The translations under genes and the position numbers were made by a program. The notes below the pieces were generated by a model that saw nothing but the letters and a program-made list of their open reading frames with translations, searched no databases and was not told the origin of the DNA. Shown one piece after another: positions 24,488 through 39,160 of a DNA stretch of 64,000 nt. Source of the stretch: Marsupella aquatica (lineage: Eukaryota; Plantae; Marchantiophyta); NCBI GenBank assembly GCA_973895155.1, contig OZ316898.1:1525927-1589926 (forward strand), given 5' to 3'. Position 1 is the stretch's first letter, and the number at the start of each line of letters is the position of its first letter.

Positions 24488-27149
24488 AAACTATGTGATC
24501 ACAAGGGCTGAACCAATATGGTGTCTGACAATACATTATATGGCCAATTTTGTCCCCCCATGACAATGCTGCACTAAATTTCAGAAAACTAGAACTTTTG
24601 AGAATGTAGAGTGAAAGACAATGCTACATTTGCAAGGTGCGCAAATTGTAGCTGGCAGTTGGTCGATTTGCATGGTCAGTTCTGCTCAGGAAAATACCAC
24701 TTAGTAACAAGTCCACTGGAGAGGGAGGTGAAATCATTGAAACATACCGGGCCCCTCAGCTTCTCACACTCTGACCTATGGTCTGCCCAGGCCTTTCCGG
24801 GTTGGAATGCCCACTGTATGCTATTAGGATAAATGGATTCAACTAAACAAACAAAATGGAAAGCATTTTGTGCTCATCTTTGAAATTATTGAAAGCATTG
24901 CAGTATCCGAGATTTAAATTGTGCCCAAACTCCAAGTGGATATTCTTACAAGTTACCGCATGAAGGATTTATATTGCAGGTGTTTTGCCCAACAGATCCT
25001 GCATAGAGGGCAAAGCCAGATTACAAATGACATACTTTATTGCAAAGATTCTACCTGTTCAACTTTTCTACTGTCCTGTATGAGCTTTATTGTGAGATTT
25101 CAACTTGAATGAAAACTGCAATCAACATTACTGCAGTTACCCTCTTGGCCAGGCCTGTTTGGTGTGTGAGTGGTTGTTGGCCTCTGTTCCTTTCTCGTTC
25201 CGGCCTTATTTTCTCCATGTTTTTATTGGGTTTTACTTTTCTCTTAAGTGCTTCTTTCAAGGAAAAAAAAGAACCCCAATCAACTTGTCTCCAACGGTTG
25301 TACACTGCATTTAATCAGTTGGAATTGTCATCAAATGCAAGGTTATTTAATTTTTCTTACATTTCTTAATATGTGCATGCTCTATGCTCATTTTTGTGAA
25401 TGCAATTGATTCCTTGTGTACTAAGCTAAAGAATACAATTTGCAAGTGACATTGTGAAGTCACTTTTGCTGATGCCAATTTTCATATTGACACTGCTATA
25501 ATGGTGAATCCAACTTTCATGTTTTGTATTATTCATATTTTTGTATCATGTATTTTTATTTGAATGTACTTTAACAAGGGGCATCCTTTGTATCTTAGCT
25601 ACTTTTAATTCATTTTTGGACCCCTTTAAATTTTTGGTATCCTATAGTATTTTGAATTTATTTTGGCAGCCCCCTTAATTTTTAACTTTGTTGTCTCCTA
25701 GAGAGAAACCAAGGGCTTCATTTTCTAGGGCTTTTAAGTATTCTCATGAGTGAGAGGAATGATTCTAAGTAATGTCAACACATCCAGTCTTAAGTTCCCC
25801 TCATGGCTTTCTTTCCTAAGTTTATGGTTTTTATTGAAATGAGTGTCATTAATAAGACACATTGAAGTAAGTGTACAACTTGTAGCATCGTTGTGTCATA
25901 AATTTAATTGTACTTTCCATTGGTCACTATGTGCTTTACTTATATTATTTTATCCCATTCACATTTAATATATATTCTAGTTTTACTCTCTAATTTTGTC
26001 CACTTACATATCACTACCAGACAAAAAGCAAAGCATGTTCCAGGATGAGCATGCATATTGAAAATGTCATCAAATGCATTAAATGAGACAGTATTTCAAA
26101 AAATCTGTATGCTGAGGTTAATTTGAAACGGGTAGCCTCATTGAGTTGTCTTGTAGATTTGTACCATAGAGCCATATTGTATTGATCGAGGATAAAGGAA
26201 CATGCTTGTTTTTCCCCTGTTTGCTGGGATGAACGTGAGTCTTCAATTCTTCAGTGACATTGTTCTGGCCACACAAGCTAGGAGATCCACCATTCCCATG
26301 AAACTTGCAACCATTCACGACCAAGGGCAATCTCGAGGCTCATTAAGAGCCTCAGGTACACCTGCCCGCGTCTACTGCCCCTCCCCTACACATTGTTTTT
26401 TGAATTTTATGAGCATGAATGATCCCCACTTTTGGGTGGGGTGAATGTTAAAAGGCATTCAGTGGCACAACAAGTTTCAAATCCAGGACCTCCCATTCCC
26501 CACTGAGCTGTGCTACCAGTGAGCCTTTCCCTCATCCAGGTCAACATTCACTCACACCAGGTATTGACACATTTACTCGCACCAGGTATTTCACGTTAAA
26601 TCAGATCCAGCACATGCTGGCAGCACTTGCGAGGTGATTAATGCAGATTAACATTAATTGCCATCTCGATTGGCTTTCGTCCTTAATCTTGCAACCAGGG
26701 TTGACCAGGTGACCTGAAAAGTATGGATTGTTTCACAAATAAAGAGTGCTATCTGAGTACAGAATAAAGTTTTCTGCAACCCATTTAGGTTGTGTTCGTC
26801 CATTCCCGGCATTTTGTCAAAAGATTTAGGTCCATGGGGGGCTTTCTGTGTCTCGCCTTCACACACGGTGGCAAAAAATACTAGACCTTAAAACTTATCG
26901 TGTATGCGCGCAAACCCAAAAAGAATTAAAAATAATGCAAGTTTTCCAAATACTATTCTAGCCCATACTTTAGGGTAAAGATACATCCGAGCTTATAGTT
27001 CAGGGCACTCAGCACTCAGTCTGGTCTTTCTAACGATGTGTCGAACACTTGATTTCGGATCGCAAATCAAAAGTTGAATTGACTCAAACTGACGTGATTT
27101 CATTCGAAGAGACCTAGAGCATCTCGCAGAGGAGAGAGACGGTGTCAGC

Positions 27150-28920
27150 ATGATTGTGTGCGTGGCTGTCGTTGGTCAGCAGGTGGGTCTCGCAGCTCAA
27201 TCTTAAGAGCTTATGTACCACCAATCACATTGTTCAATGTATCACACATTACACAGACCTTGGGCAACAGAACAGTCCTTTTCTTGTCTTCGAACGTTGA
27301 TGAATAAGCTTTGTGTCCGTTTTTCGCTGGATGTTTTGTGCGCAGAATAATCCTCTCTATCTGCAAAGTTTTGCGAACGGGGACGATGCCCTGAAATTTC
27401 ACTACATCGTGCACTGTTCGCTGGATGTCATAGATGAAAAGGGTGGGTGTTGCATTCTCCTACTGTAAGATGTCCGTTCCCTGGATTGAGACGGCGAGTA
27501 TGTTAATTGGGCGTTGTCTTCCCGTGAATTCACAATTTGTGTCAGCCTCTCTTCTATATTCTTCTGTGCATCAGGATAAAAGGTTTATTAGGGTGTCATG
27601 ACAGCCATTGATCGGGAGTACCTTGGTAAACGTGAATGCGCACGGTCATTTGAGTAGCCAGGCGGCTTTTGTGGCTTGTTTCTGAGGAGCTATGCTGCGT
27701 GTTCAGTACACTTTGCGTTCTGCACTAAAATTCAGTGTTCTGTATTCAGTGAATAATCCCAAAAAGCTCGGTGTGAGCCTGAACGAGACGTTCCTCGGCC
27801 TTCTCTATCCCACTGAAGATTATAAAGTGTAAGCAACTCGTACCATGCCTAAGGAAAATGTCTAGTTCGCTGCGGTTCAGATCATTGCTCAGTAAGTCGA
27901 CTTTTCCATGGTGTTAGAGAAGACTGGCTTAAAGAAACTAAATAACGGGCTAATAATTGGACTGGGAAGATAATGAGGAAATGAATGACGGATAGCATGC
28001 TTATAGATTCTGTCATTGGCGTTGTCGCTGGACATAAATTTCTTCCCCTTCGCCTATCATTGTGAAATTGAAGTAACAACAAACTTTGAGTTAGGTTCAG
28101 CTTCTCAGCTCCGAATCGAAGCTGTACATCTTGTTGGAGCTCCACACATAGATTAGCTTATGAGTCTTCTTTCTCGTGAATTCTAAGAAAGGACATTGCT
28201 TCGAACCGATGAAGAGAACCTCCATGTGCTTTAGGGTTCAATGTGCTCCGGCATGTTGAGCCGCAATGCAGATGTCCCGAGGAGGTGCATGTTATGGGCT
28301 GCCTTCCACCTGTGTCGAGTGTGTCGTCAGAGAGAGCTTATAGTTAGAGAAACGTTAGCTGTTACCTTGGATGACGATGCTCGACCTGATCTGGGTCAGT
28401 GGTTCGGGACCCGTAAATTGAGGTAAAAACAGAGCATGGATAGCTATTGCGTGGATAACTATTGTAGTGCCAGGAAATACAAACTCACTCAAGTTGGTTG
28501 TGACTGCAAACAGATTTGGGTATCTGAGCAACACGAAAATAAAATTCATTCTAGTGACAACAGATCACGATTTGAGAGATGCTGATGTTAGAAATGTAAG
28601 TGTTCCTCTTGCTCGCCTTGAATTCCTGCTTGTTCGTCCATCTAGCTGTGTTGCAAGTCTGGATGGTTCCCAGCAATTACCAGAGTAGGCAAAAAACTTG
28701 ACGGGTTTACAAAAAACATGCTTTCACTAAAGATAGACCAGTGATCGGATTGAGAACTGTTTCATGCTCTGCATTGCAGTTTTTCCGACGCTTTCATGCA
28801 GCTTATGTTGATGCAGCATCAAATCCTTTCCATGTTCCAGGGAAGAGAATCACGTCACCTGCTTTTACAGAGAGAGTAAGCAACATTGTGAAGTCTTTTG
28901 GTGTCAGTCCATCCTCTTGA
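27150..28920 (+). CDS. TRAPPC2L: trafficking protein particle complex subunit 2-like (sedlin family), 143 aa, 5 exons
   Basis: Exons 27150-27182, 27346-27442, 27750-27828, 28514-28595 and 28780-28920, all GT-AG; MIVCVAVVGQQNNPLYLQSF...[30 protein letters not shown]...FHAAYVDAASNPFHVPGKRITS. Confidence 0.96.
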
Positions 28921-29874
28921 TCACCATTCCCTCAGTTTAGTCTCACTCTAGGTTATTGAAGGCTGCCAATGCACCAAAAGTCGCTTTTGTAGATGGTGTA
29001 GAAGCGCATCGCAGAGATCGCTTTTATTTCTTTTTTTATCTCACTCTGTGCAGGAAGGTTGTGGAGGATCAAATAAAGTTTACAGTTAAAATCGTTCTGA
29101 ATGTGTACGATTGTTTTCTTTCCTTTGATGAATAATGTTTAGTGCGACTACCTGCTGATTTATCTGCATCCGACGTCGGACTTGGACCTTAGGGCCGTCA
29201 TATGTCCCCAAAATCTATGACTGCATCCTACGTTAGTAGCCGCTGGTCAAACCCAATCCAAACATCATGTGAAATTTAATCACGAAATGGAGGATCTGGA
29301 AGATGGCATCTAAAAAATTCACGAAGAAGGTTTTCCAGCTAAGATCCACCTTAGAGTGGTCAACCTTGAATCAGGTCTATTCTTACCTTAAATCGCCACT
29401 GGCCATCAGGCTAGGGGAGGACAATCGAGTGGAATTTTCACTTTCTTGAGATCATTTTGGACTTATTTAGTAACCTGGATCCACGAGATTTTGCATCGGG
29501 GCCAGTGGGGCTCTAAGGTGAAAGCATTTCAATGTCAAAAGTCAGAGCACCCTACAGCTCAATTCACACAGTTCAATTCAGACGAAGTTTTGCCAAAACC
29601 TAAAATAGTAACTTCTGACCCCGAAAAGATTTTGGAATCCATACTGAAGCTCGTATGGTGGGTATAAATGTTAAAAACAGGCTCCTTTGTACTATCCATC
29701 CCATCCCACCTTTAGTTTATCTGTCTGTCATAGGAGCCTAGGGACTCCTGGGACCACTGGTTGATTTTTCTCTTCTGTAAGTTCTTGAGATGCACTGTAG
29801 CCGACATCTCGTGAGAAACAAGAGATACCTGTAAGTATAAGAAATACTCGAAGTGAGTTTGCACAGGACAACCA

Positions 29875-30090
29875 TTTCCAGAGGTACTGGTCCCAATACC
29901 TGTGCATATTTCCAGAGTTACTAGCCCCAATGCTCGTGCAAATGCACAGTTTAGCATTTTCAGAGGTACTAGCTCCAATACTTGAGCATATGAACAGTTA
30001 CTGCCTAGCCCCAATACCGGTGCATATGCTGAGTTTGCATTTTTCTGAGGTACTAGCCCCAATACCTTTGCATATGCACAGTTACTGCCT
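29875..30090. repeat. degenerate tandem repeat
   Basis: Recurring agaggtactagccccaatacc..gcatatgcacagtt motif, about 5 copies. Confidence 0.75.
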
Positions 30091-33000
30091 TCAATCTCCG
30101 GGGAAGGTCATGAACCTCGATCTGGAAGTGCGGAATTAATGGATAGAAACAGTGGAAAGCTACTGCAAGCTAGTGTGGCACTGTAGGTGGGAGAACAAAA
30201 TCACTTTTTGGGTCATAAAGGCAGAGGGAACTATTGATGGCAACTGTGCGAGATCGACATCCTGTGAACTACCTGGCTAACACTTACACTCAACCATCCT
30301 AACCACAATTGGCGATAGGAGGTCCTTTGCCTAGAAGGAGCGTTTCTTTCAAGACGAGGAGTTTTGGCCTTGACTGTAAGGTCCTCTTTAGTGTCCTTCA
30401 AGGAGTTCTGACCTCTAACTTCATCTGTATTGTTCTTAATCAGAATGAAGTATTTTCTATTTGAAGTTAAAAATTTTGTGAACTGCAAGTGCATGTGAAC
30501 TAAAAGTACTGACTGCCGAATAGCTCCCTCTACCATAATTATTTAATGTGGTGTTTGTATGGTTTATTTAACTGGTTTTGTTTGGTTTTGAAACACACCC
30601 AAAACAGACCAAGGGCGAAAATGGCGGGATTGCATATATAGTGCATAGAGATAGAGAATAGTTAGCTAGATAGTCTTAACATATTATATGGTAAGTTCAA
30701 TAATATGACTTATGTTACTTATGTAATTTAACTATGGCTGAGCATGGAGTAGGTTACACTGAAAGGAAAAATTGGGCAAATCTGGGATGGACGCTCCCAC
30801 TGTCCCTTGCATGCTCCTGGTGACCACGAGTCTAGAGACTCTCCCGAAATGATAGAACACTAGGAGCATCCTGTACGAAGACAAGGAGGGAATAAGTGGA
30901 AAATAAAACACTTTTGGTTGTTTAAGGCGTCAGTTGGCATGCTGAAATCTTACTGGACGTTGTTAGCGATTACCCTGTAGTTCGCGCAGTTACGATCCAG
31001 AGTTCATCTTATCAGTAAACATGTAGAAACCAAAGGTGCGCAATAATGCTTCTTTGCTTGTGCGTTGATCACCTAGTAACAATCGAGTTTGGTTTCGAAA
31101 CCCCGTACAATTTGGAGTTGAACTTCATGAGTGGGGCTGCGGAAGGTAATTAATTATGGTAGCGAAGTTCGGGTGCAGTTATCAAGACAATAATATAGAT
31201 TGGATTCACAACGAAGGAGTCGGTGCTGTCCTTTTGTCTGAGGCAATTCAGACTAACTGAGCCCATTAATTAAGAGTATTAGATCATCAAACACTATAAT
31301 AAACGATGCAGCTTTTCATGGTCATAGTCCGTTTATGAAAAGCAGGGTGGGCGGGAACCAACCATGACCCTTAGATTTCTTGGCATTTTTTAAGATCCAT
31401 TGGATAGGCCTGAAACCCCACCCAAGCCCTTCACAAGCCTTGCATAGGGCCTCCGGCAAGTGATTAAGCGATCACAGGAGATTAAAGCGATCACAGAAGA
31501 TTAAAGAGATCACAGAAGAAGCGTGACTCATGTCCCTCATCTCAAAATCATTCGTGGAACGCACAGGCATAGGGCTTGTGTTACATTATAACAACCATGT
31601 TATCGACGACCCCTCTTCGACCACCAGATCTCGACGGGGAGGGTCGGAAGAAAATTGCAATAGTCCTTTCTGAGATTTCAGGAAGTGCAATTCATTTGTT
31701 TATTACATAGCCCATGTTTCAATCAACCACTTTCCGACGAACAATCTTTGTTTAACGGTCAAACCCACCTATTGTGGAAAATGGGAAGTACGACCCTGGC
31801 CTACGAAACAATGCCAGATGGGTGCTCAAACACAGAAGAGTCAGCAGCGAGAAATATATACGTAGTCGCGTTACATCTTCATTGAGAACAGCAATGGCCG
31901 GCATGCATAATTAATCAAACGTATCACACGATAGCTCAGACGGTGTTGTCTTATTCTCTTTCTTCCTTCGATCTATGCAGCAGGGCCGATCAGCTCCGTC
32001 GGCATTTTCTACTCAACGAATGCGGAGAATGACTTCTACTCGTGGGTGTCTACATTTCCCCCTAAGCAGAGAACGCTTACATGCCCCGACTACATGCTCA
32101 CAAGTCTCCAATTCTGTATTCCTCTTCTCAGTGGGCGACTGGTCTATTATTGTTCAACGTGTACCCTAAGGAAACAAGCTGCCTGCAATTGTATAACTTT
32201 GAGCATTGCACCTGAAATATGGAACATATACTGTGGCCAAGAACCTAGCCCATTCAAGTGAACATGTGTCTTGTAGTTGCTCAGACTTTCTGAGATTGTT
32301 CAATTAGCCTTGCCTTCATGTCCGTACGTGCTGAGTTTCGGTGTCAGACGCAGCTACAAGTTCAGTACAATCCTCTCCCACGAAATTCAGAGAAGTGGCA
32401 GAAGTTAGTCCAGTGCAGCTTTCTCTTGCGTAGCGTAAAGAATTATCATAAGTAATCTTCTGGACCGTCCACTGAAGTCCGAGTATAAAAAGGAATTAAT
32501 TGTGGGGAGTGCTGAATTAGTTAAACGATAGTCAATTCTTCTGATAAGGTAATTCTCAGCAAAAGCTTCAGAAACCCATAAATCTTTGACGAGAAGTTCA
32601 CTAATTTTTTCAACATGCGATTTTGAAGACCTCACTGCTGTTAGAATTAGGACATAAACGCTAATTTGGTTGAGACATTGGCGGGCAGAGCAAACGTTCG
32701 CGGAAAGGTTTACTCTCAAGAATTGGGACACGTGCGTAGTGATGTTTCAGTTGTTAGAACCGTGAAATTACGCGATCTAACTGCATGTTATGGTGAGTCC
32801 TGTTTATACGTGCTGCGACTGCACTACTTCTGGGAATCACGGCGTATACCAATCCACTTTAATTTGGTGATTACATCGTTTCGTTAGGCGTACATACTTT
32901 TCTTAGCGGTTGATCTTTGGTTCCCTATGTCTTTGCGATTGATCTCTTTCTGCCGTGGTGTCCTCCGGCATGTATTTAAGTGGGTCCCGTTGTGTATACT

Positions 33001-33708
33001 GCATATCTGGATGCAACTCGTACTTCGATCCAGGGAATTCGATGACAGACATTCGCTTTCTGACTATAAAGAGACCCAATCGTACTGGAAGGTACGAGAA
33101 GCTTCCAGTACGGTACGGTTGGGTTACTATCAATTTAGGAAATACTCAAAGTGAGTTGCACAGAACAAGCATTTTCAGAATTACTTGCACGAATGGCTCC
33201 CTGCCAGACTCCCATGCCCGACCCGCTCCCCATCTGGTAATAGAAAGGAGCTCAATTAGGTTCTGCTAAATAAGAAATAAAATTCACAGGTTTTTTATTT
33301 TATTTTGTTATAACGCACATTCTTGTAAAATGTGGAGCCAAATGAATAAAAACCTCTAATGCTTGCGAGGCGTGTAGCATCCTAGCAAGCTTTCTCAATC
33401 ACTCCTATTCGCTTCATATCGTAACTTCTGCTCTCCGAGAAATTGCCTATCGCTTCAATTGCTGGAGTAGATTACTGATGTTAAACACACTTTGATCGTG
33501 AATTACAGTGTTCATAATAGATAGATGTTTACTGGAATAGTGGAAAGCCATTGTAGCACTGTATTGTAACTGGACGAACATCTTAAAAAATGGCTGTCGT
33601 ATCTTATTTATATTTGAGTTAAGTCATACAGGCAAGAGGGAAGCTTTTGGGTCTGAGACCGATACTCAGGATAGAAGTGAAGGCAAATTCTCTCTCCGTC
33701 TTGGTCAA

Positions 33709-33902
33709 AAAGTAAGATCGTCATCAGAGTCGGGATGGTCACTGCGCAAGTCTGATGAAAGTAACATCGTCATCAGAGTCGGCATGGTCACTGTTAGTCT
33801 GATGAAAGTAAGATCGTCATCAGAGTCGGGATGGTCACTGCGCAAGTGTGATGAAAGTAAGACCGTCATCAGAGTCGGGATGGTCACTCCGCAAGTCTGA
33901 TG
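33709..33902. repeat. four tandem ~49-bp units upstream of the peptide-gene copy
   Basis: aaagtaagatcgtcatcagagtcgggatggtcactgcgcaagtctgatg; single copy at ~40843 in block 2. Confidence 0.92.
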
Positions 33903-33948
33903 GTAGACTCGCACTCTTCAATGATTAACTTTTGATTGAGCCTGCACG

Positions 33949-34382
33949 TGTTCCTGCTTCTGTCCGGGTTTTCGTTCGAGTTCGCCAACGCGTCTCGAGA
34001 ATCGAAACGTGACTACCCTATTCTCTTAGAATACACTAATTAACTTGATGATCGAGCCTGCACATGTTATACATAAATCAAAAGCTTTCATTTGTAACGT
34101 CTGGCTTTCAATTTGTGTACTACAGTAGCTACGTGAAGGAGTTTAGTTTTGTAACACATGGTTTCTAATTAAGTTTAATTCCAATTGACATGCCACTAAC
34201 TGAGTTATAGTTGCTAATGGTTACAACAGAATTCTCGCCTAGCAGAAACGCGGCCTCGTCCCTGGGCTGCAACAGTGACGCCAAAGTCTGTCATTGGGAA
34301 CTGTGGCTGTAACAATCCATTGTGCTGCAGTGCGGCTACAAATTCATGTTGCACGCCCTTTGGATCCAGGCCACAAGACTGA
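33949..34382 (+). pseudogene. secreted-peptide gene copy lacking TATA and ATG
   Basis: Exon-1 remnant FLLLSGFSFEFANASRESK|gtgact; exon 2 open frame ETRPRPWAATVTPKSVIGNCGCNNPLCCSAATNSCCTPFGSRPQD*. Confidence 0.75.
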
Positions 34383-35493
34383 TAAATGCGCTTCATTCAT
34401 TAGCGCTCAGCTAACTCAGCATGGTTCAATCTCAGAAATTCTGAGCAATTACAAGACATAGACTGTTCACTTTAATGGGCTAGGTTCCTGGCCACAGTAC
34501 GTATATATTGCATATTTAAGGTCCTATGCTCAAAGTTATACATTGGCAGGCAGCTGGTTCCCCTACTTTACAAGTCGAACAATAATAGACCAGCCGCCCA
34601 CTGAGAGCAGGAATACATAATGATAGACAGGTGAACATGTTATCGTTCTCTGCTAAGGGAACAAGGTAGACAGCCACGATCGAGTACACGTAATCATTCT
34701 CCGCATTCGTCTAGGAGAAAATGACGACGGAGCTGATTGGCCTGTTACATATAGCAATGAAGAAAGAGTTTTAGGACAACACCATCCGAGCTACCATGTT
34801 ATACGTTCGATTATGCAATGCCGGCTTCGGCTGCTTTTAATAACATGTAGTGTGCCTATTCTTGCTAAAGATGTAGTGCAACTACGTATATATTTCTCGC
34901 TGCTAAAAATCGTTTGTGTTTGAGCACCCGTCTAGCATAGTTTCCCAGGCTAGGGGTCGTACTTCCCATGGTCCTCCAGAATGAGCCGAGTTTGATCTCC
35001 AACCAAAGTTGGTTTGTGAGAGCGTGGTTGATTGAAAGATATATATTAGAAACTATAATAAGAACTCGTGCTTTTGCTTTTAACATATATATCATATCAT
35101 CAAACACTGTAATAGTGAATCCTGCCATTTTTCTTGATGGTTCATGAAATAGAATATAGGTGGGAATCTATCCTCACCGTTCTTTTGCACACTGCCATTG
35201 GATCCCGAGATAACAGTTAACAGCAAGTACGTACACTCAGGGATGCCATTGGGAATGGGAATGCTTGGATATATGGTTGTCAATCACATGCACAGTTAGT
35301 AGTGCACACTTGGAAGTGCCTATTCAATTACTTGAGAAACGGCAGAGGGGATAACGTGGATAACGTGAGGTAAGAATGTGTGCCGGGAGTGGGGTACTAA
35401 GTGGAATGAATGAAAAAGTGTGGGGTACACAATCATTGGACTACACAGGGCTGCATGTCCGTACAAAAACTGGGACAAAGTGAAGGCCGGGGA

Positions 35494-35641
35494 AGCAAAA
35501 AATAATACACAATGGATAGGAGAGCATGTCCCTTGCTTACAAAGCAACGGACAGGGGAGAGAAAAGCAGCAAAAAATAATACGCAATGGATAGGAGAGCA
35601 TGTCCCTTGCTTACAAAGCAACGGACAGGGGAGAGAAAAGC
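35494..35641. repeat. tandem duplication, two 74-bp units
   Basis: agcaaaaaataatac.caatggataggagagcatgtccc...gagaaaagc twice. Confidence 0.92.
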
Positions 35642-38314
35642 AATTTGAGTGAGTGAGGTCACAATCCTTTTCTTTTTATGAGCTGCAACTTTTGTCTTTA
35701 ATAAAGGCAAGACGCAGTGATAAACTTTACACCAAAAGAGGATGGGGAGACTAATATATCCCAATTCCCCCAAGGCCACACAGACTTATAAATAAATTGG
35801 CTGGGAATTATTTTTCTTCCAAGGAATTCCTTTTTGGCTTTGTTTTTAGGAGGGTAGTTTTTGAGGGGTTCGTTTGTTGTGTTGGGAAAGAAAAGAGGGG
35901 GGAGGTAAAGGGGAGTGATTATTTATCTTCCCCTTCCAACTTGCAACAACCAACCCAGAAATTAAATACTGTAACTTAAAAGAAGTTGCCCTCTCTTTCC
36001 TCAAAGGAAAAATAAGTGCCACCACACAACCAAACAAAAACAAATATGGTATACTAACAAACAAAAGAATTACAAACCCCACAATAATTGTCTGCCCACC
36101 TCCTAAAAAAATTTAAAATAATTGATAAAGGTAAAACCTCTCTAAAAGTGAAAAAACTATTTAAAAGGAAAAACCATTTCGTTGACCGTCATGTTTCTTG
36201 CTCTCTCCCTAGCTGCTACTGTTGCGATTGTAGACTAGACTTATATATATAGCTTGCACAGTTTCCTGTACCACTCTCTATCCCCCTAACTACGCCTTTG
36301 TATAAATATCCACATTATCAAAATATTTCAAAAATATCCGCTTAGTTGAGGTCACCTCACCGCATAAGTGACAATGAGGGTGATCCCAAATATAGTAAAA
36401 TGAGGTCATTTCCATCGCAGTAAAAATAGATGTTAAATTTGATATAAAAGGTTCTTCCCAAGAGAGGACCAGATCCCTACATCAAAATTCTCAAACACAG
36501 AACCTCACGAATTCATGAAGATGAGGCCTTGGAGAAACATATACATTTCCAATGTATGAATTCTAGTTAAGACTCCCATCAGTCAGGAATGCGGTGCAAT
36601 GTAACTGAGTAGATACTCCACATCTAAAACTATGAGACTATTTTCTCTGCTCAATGTATCTCATGTAGGGAAACACATAACAAGATCAATGAGCCCATAT
36701 TGATATAAAGTCACTTGAATGATCGCGTCAAGGAAGTATAGACAAATAAGACATACTCCTCCAAAATTGAACATATCGTCTACACAGTTTGAGCCTTTGA
36801 TAAGTGACGTCTGTTGAAGTGTTTGATAAGAACTTGATCCGGATATCTAGACTGCACAAAATATATCAGGTAGTCTGTCCATAGATTTGATGACAATTGT
36901 CTTATCAAAATTCTTCATATAACCAAGATGCCAGCAATGATCCTGGGTGAAAACATATCTCAGTTGCGACAATTCGATGGTCGATAACATTTTTGAAAGT
37001 ATCTGATAAACTAGTTTATTCTCGAGGGGAGACCAGACCATCACATCAAAATTATCATAACAGAATTTTAGAAATCATGAAGATGAGGCCCCAGAGCGAC
37101 ACATAGAGATCCGATACGAATTGCCATAGTCCTCTTGAGCTCAGGAGTATATTTAGTGTGGTGTACTCCAAGAGTGTGAGAATGAGGTTAGGGTGGAGTT
37201 TGGAGCTACAAAGCATCAATGGTGAGACTCATGGGAGTTAGAGGATCATTCTCCTCCTCACTTGCTTCTTTAAGGAGTGAGTGTCCACATATTGCTCCCT
37301 AGAGGGCTCAGGCATTCATTATATTAATTTGTTGTAAAAAGGCGGTTGTTTTTAGGGCATCAAGTCACATCCCTGGTTTTCCCCTTGTATTGGGTTTTTT
37401 CAGCCATTAAGATCCTATCTCTAGGTATGCCACTTTTTGCTGAGTTTTTTTGGCCTTTGAGACCCTATCTCTTGATATGCCACTTTTTGTTCTTTTGCAG
37501 CAATATAGATATTTTCCTTGGGATTGATATAGTTTACGTTCTAATCACCAACAAATAATCATGGTATCTGAGGTATACTTCTATTCTATAAATTCATTGG
37601 TCATTTTTACTGTTTTTGTTAGTGGATTTTGCCTACTGCCAAACATGGCTCCTTTGGGGCTCCTTTGACAATTGCCATGGGAATTGCCACCCAATCCCCT
37701 ATTTCTCAAAACTCTAGCTCACTAAATGAATGCTCTTACAGTTCTTATTAATTACAAGGGACATGCTATTCTGTACAACAGTCCTTTTTGCGGGTATTAA
37801 TATAATGACCATAACATATAATTTTTTTTTCCCCAATTACAACACCCAATGAACTATGAAGAATATCCAAAACTATGATCTTGATTGTAACAGGCAATCA
37901 AGGTCTTTTTTACCATGGCCTGTTCAACTCTGGCCATTCAAATGAAAGGTGCCTTTCTAGCCCGCTAATCTCTCCACAGGGCAGTTTAATATTTATGGTA
38001 GCGAAGTTTGGGTGCAGCTATCAAAACCAGTAATGTAGATTGCAATCACGACGAAGGAGTCGGTGGTGTCCTTCTGTCTGAGGCAATTCAGACTAACTGA
38101 CCCCATTAATTAAGAAAATTAGATCATGTTACATAACTATAATCATGATCACAACGACCCCTCTTCGACAACCAGTCTAGACGCGTACGGGGAGGGTCAG
38201 AAGGAAAGGTTGCAAAACTCTTTTCTGAGATTTCAGGAAGTTAGTGCAATACTTGTTATTACATAGCCCATGTTTCAATCAACCACTGACACTCCAACAA
38301 ACAATCTTTGTTTA

Positions 38315-38516
38315 AAGCGCCACTGTTCATAATAAAACCTGGATACACCAGGTTTCATCATTTTTAGCACCTTTTTCTTGAAGTTATGGAGCAAAAGTCT
38401 TCACCCTAGACAAGACAAATGTGAAAAAATGAGAAGTTTTGAACACTTTTTATAAATGCAGACAAATGTGAAAAAGTGAGAAGTTTTGAACACTTTTTAT
38501 AAATGCAGTGGTGGTT
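38315..38516. mobile_element. ~200-bp MITE-like insertion (TA target, short TIRs)
   Basis: Absent from block 1 (tgtttaacgg at ~31750); ends aagcgccactg / cagtggtggtt; internal 47-bp tandem duplication. Confidence 0.65.
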
Positions 38517-39160
38517 TACAGGTGAAACCCACCCATTGTGGAAAAGGACCAGGCATGGGAAGTACGACCCTGGCCTGGCCTGCGAAACAATGCCAGACAT
38601 AACATTAAGCAGCGAGAAATATATATGTAATTGCACTACATGTTTATTGAGAACAGCAAAGGCCGGCATTTGCATAATCAAACGTATCACACGGTAGCTC
38701 TGACAGATTGTGTTTTCTTATTCTCTTTCTTCCTTTGCTCTATTCAACAGGCCCAATCAGCTCCGTCGGCATTTCCTACTCAACGAATGCAGAGAATGAC
38801 TTGTACTCGTGGCTGTCTACATTTTTTTTTGCCTCGAAAAAAACCCCTCTATGTATGTGGCTGTCGACATTTTCCCCTAAGCAAAGAACGGTTACATGCC
38901 CCGACTACATGTTCACAAGTCTACAATTATGTATTCCTCGTCTCAGTGGGCGCGACTGGTCTATTATTGTTCAGCGTGTACAATAAGGGAACCAGCTGCC
39001 TGCAATTCTATAACTTTGAGCATTGCACCTTAAATATGCAACATATACTGTGGCCAAGAACCTAGCCCATTCAAGTGAACATGCGTCTTGTACTATATTG
39101 CTCAGACTTTCTGAGATTGAAACATGCTCAATTAGCCGCGCGCTAGTGAATCGAGGGCAT

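Larger units (their letters stand above)
31150..35295. repeat. segmental duplication block 1
   Basis: Colinear with ~37990-42595 from ttatggtagcgaagtt to gtcaatcacatgcacagtt; internally an inverted pair of peptide-gene flanks. Confidence 0.88.

Noticed and set aside
26012-26030. CACTA transposon terminus (cactaccaga)
   Set aside because: No matching opposite end or subterminal repeats found
36200-37575. Old LTR fragment ending caaca with PBS-like tggtatctgag
   Set aside because: No partner LTR, TSD or coding remnant; boundaries cannot be supported
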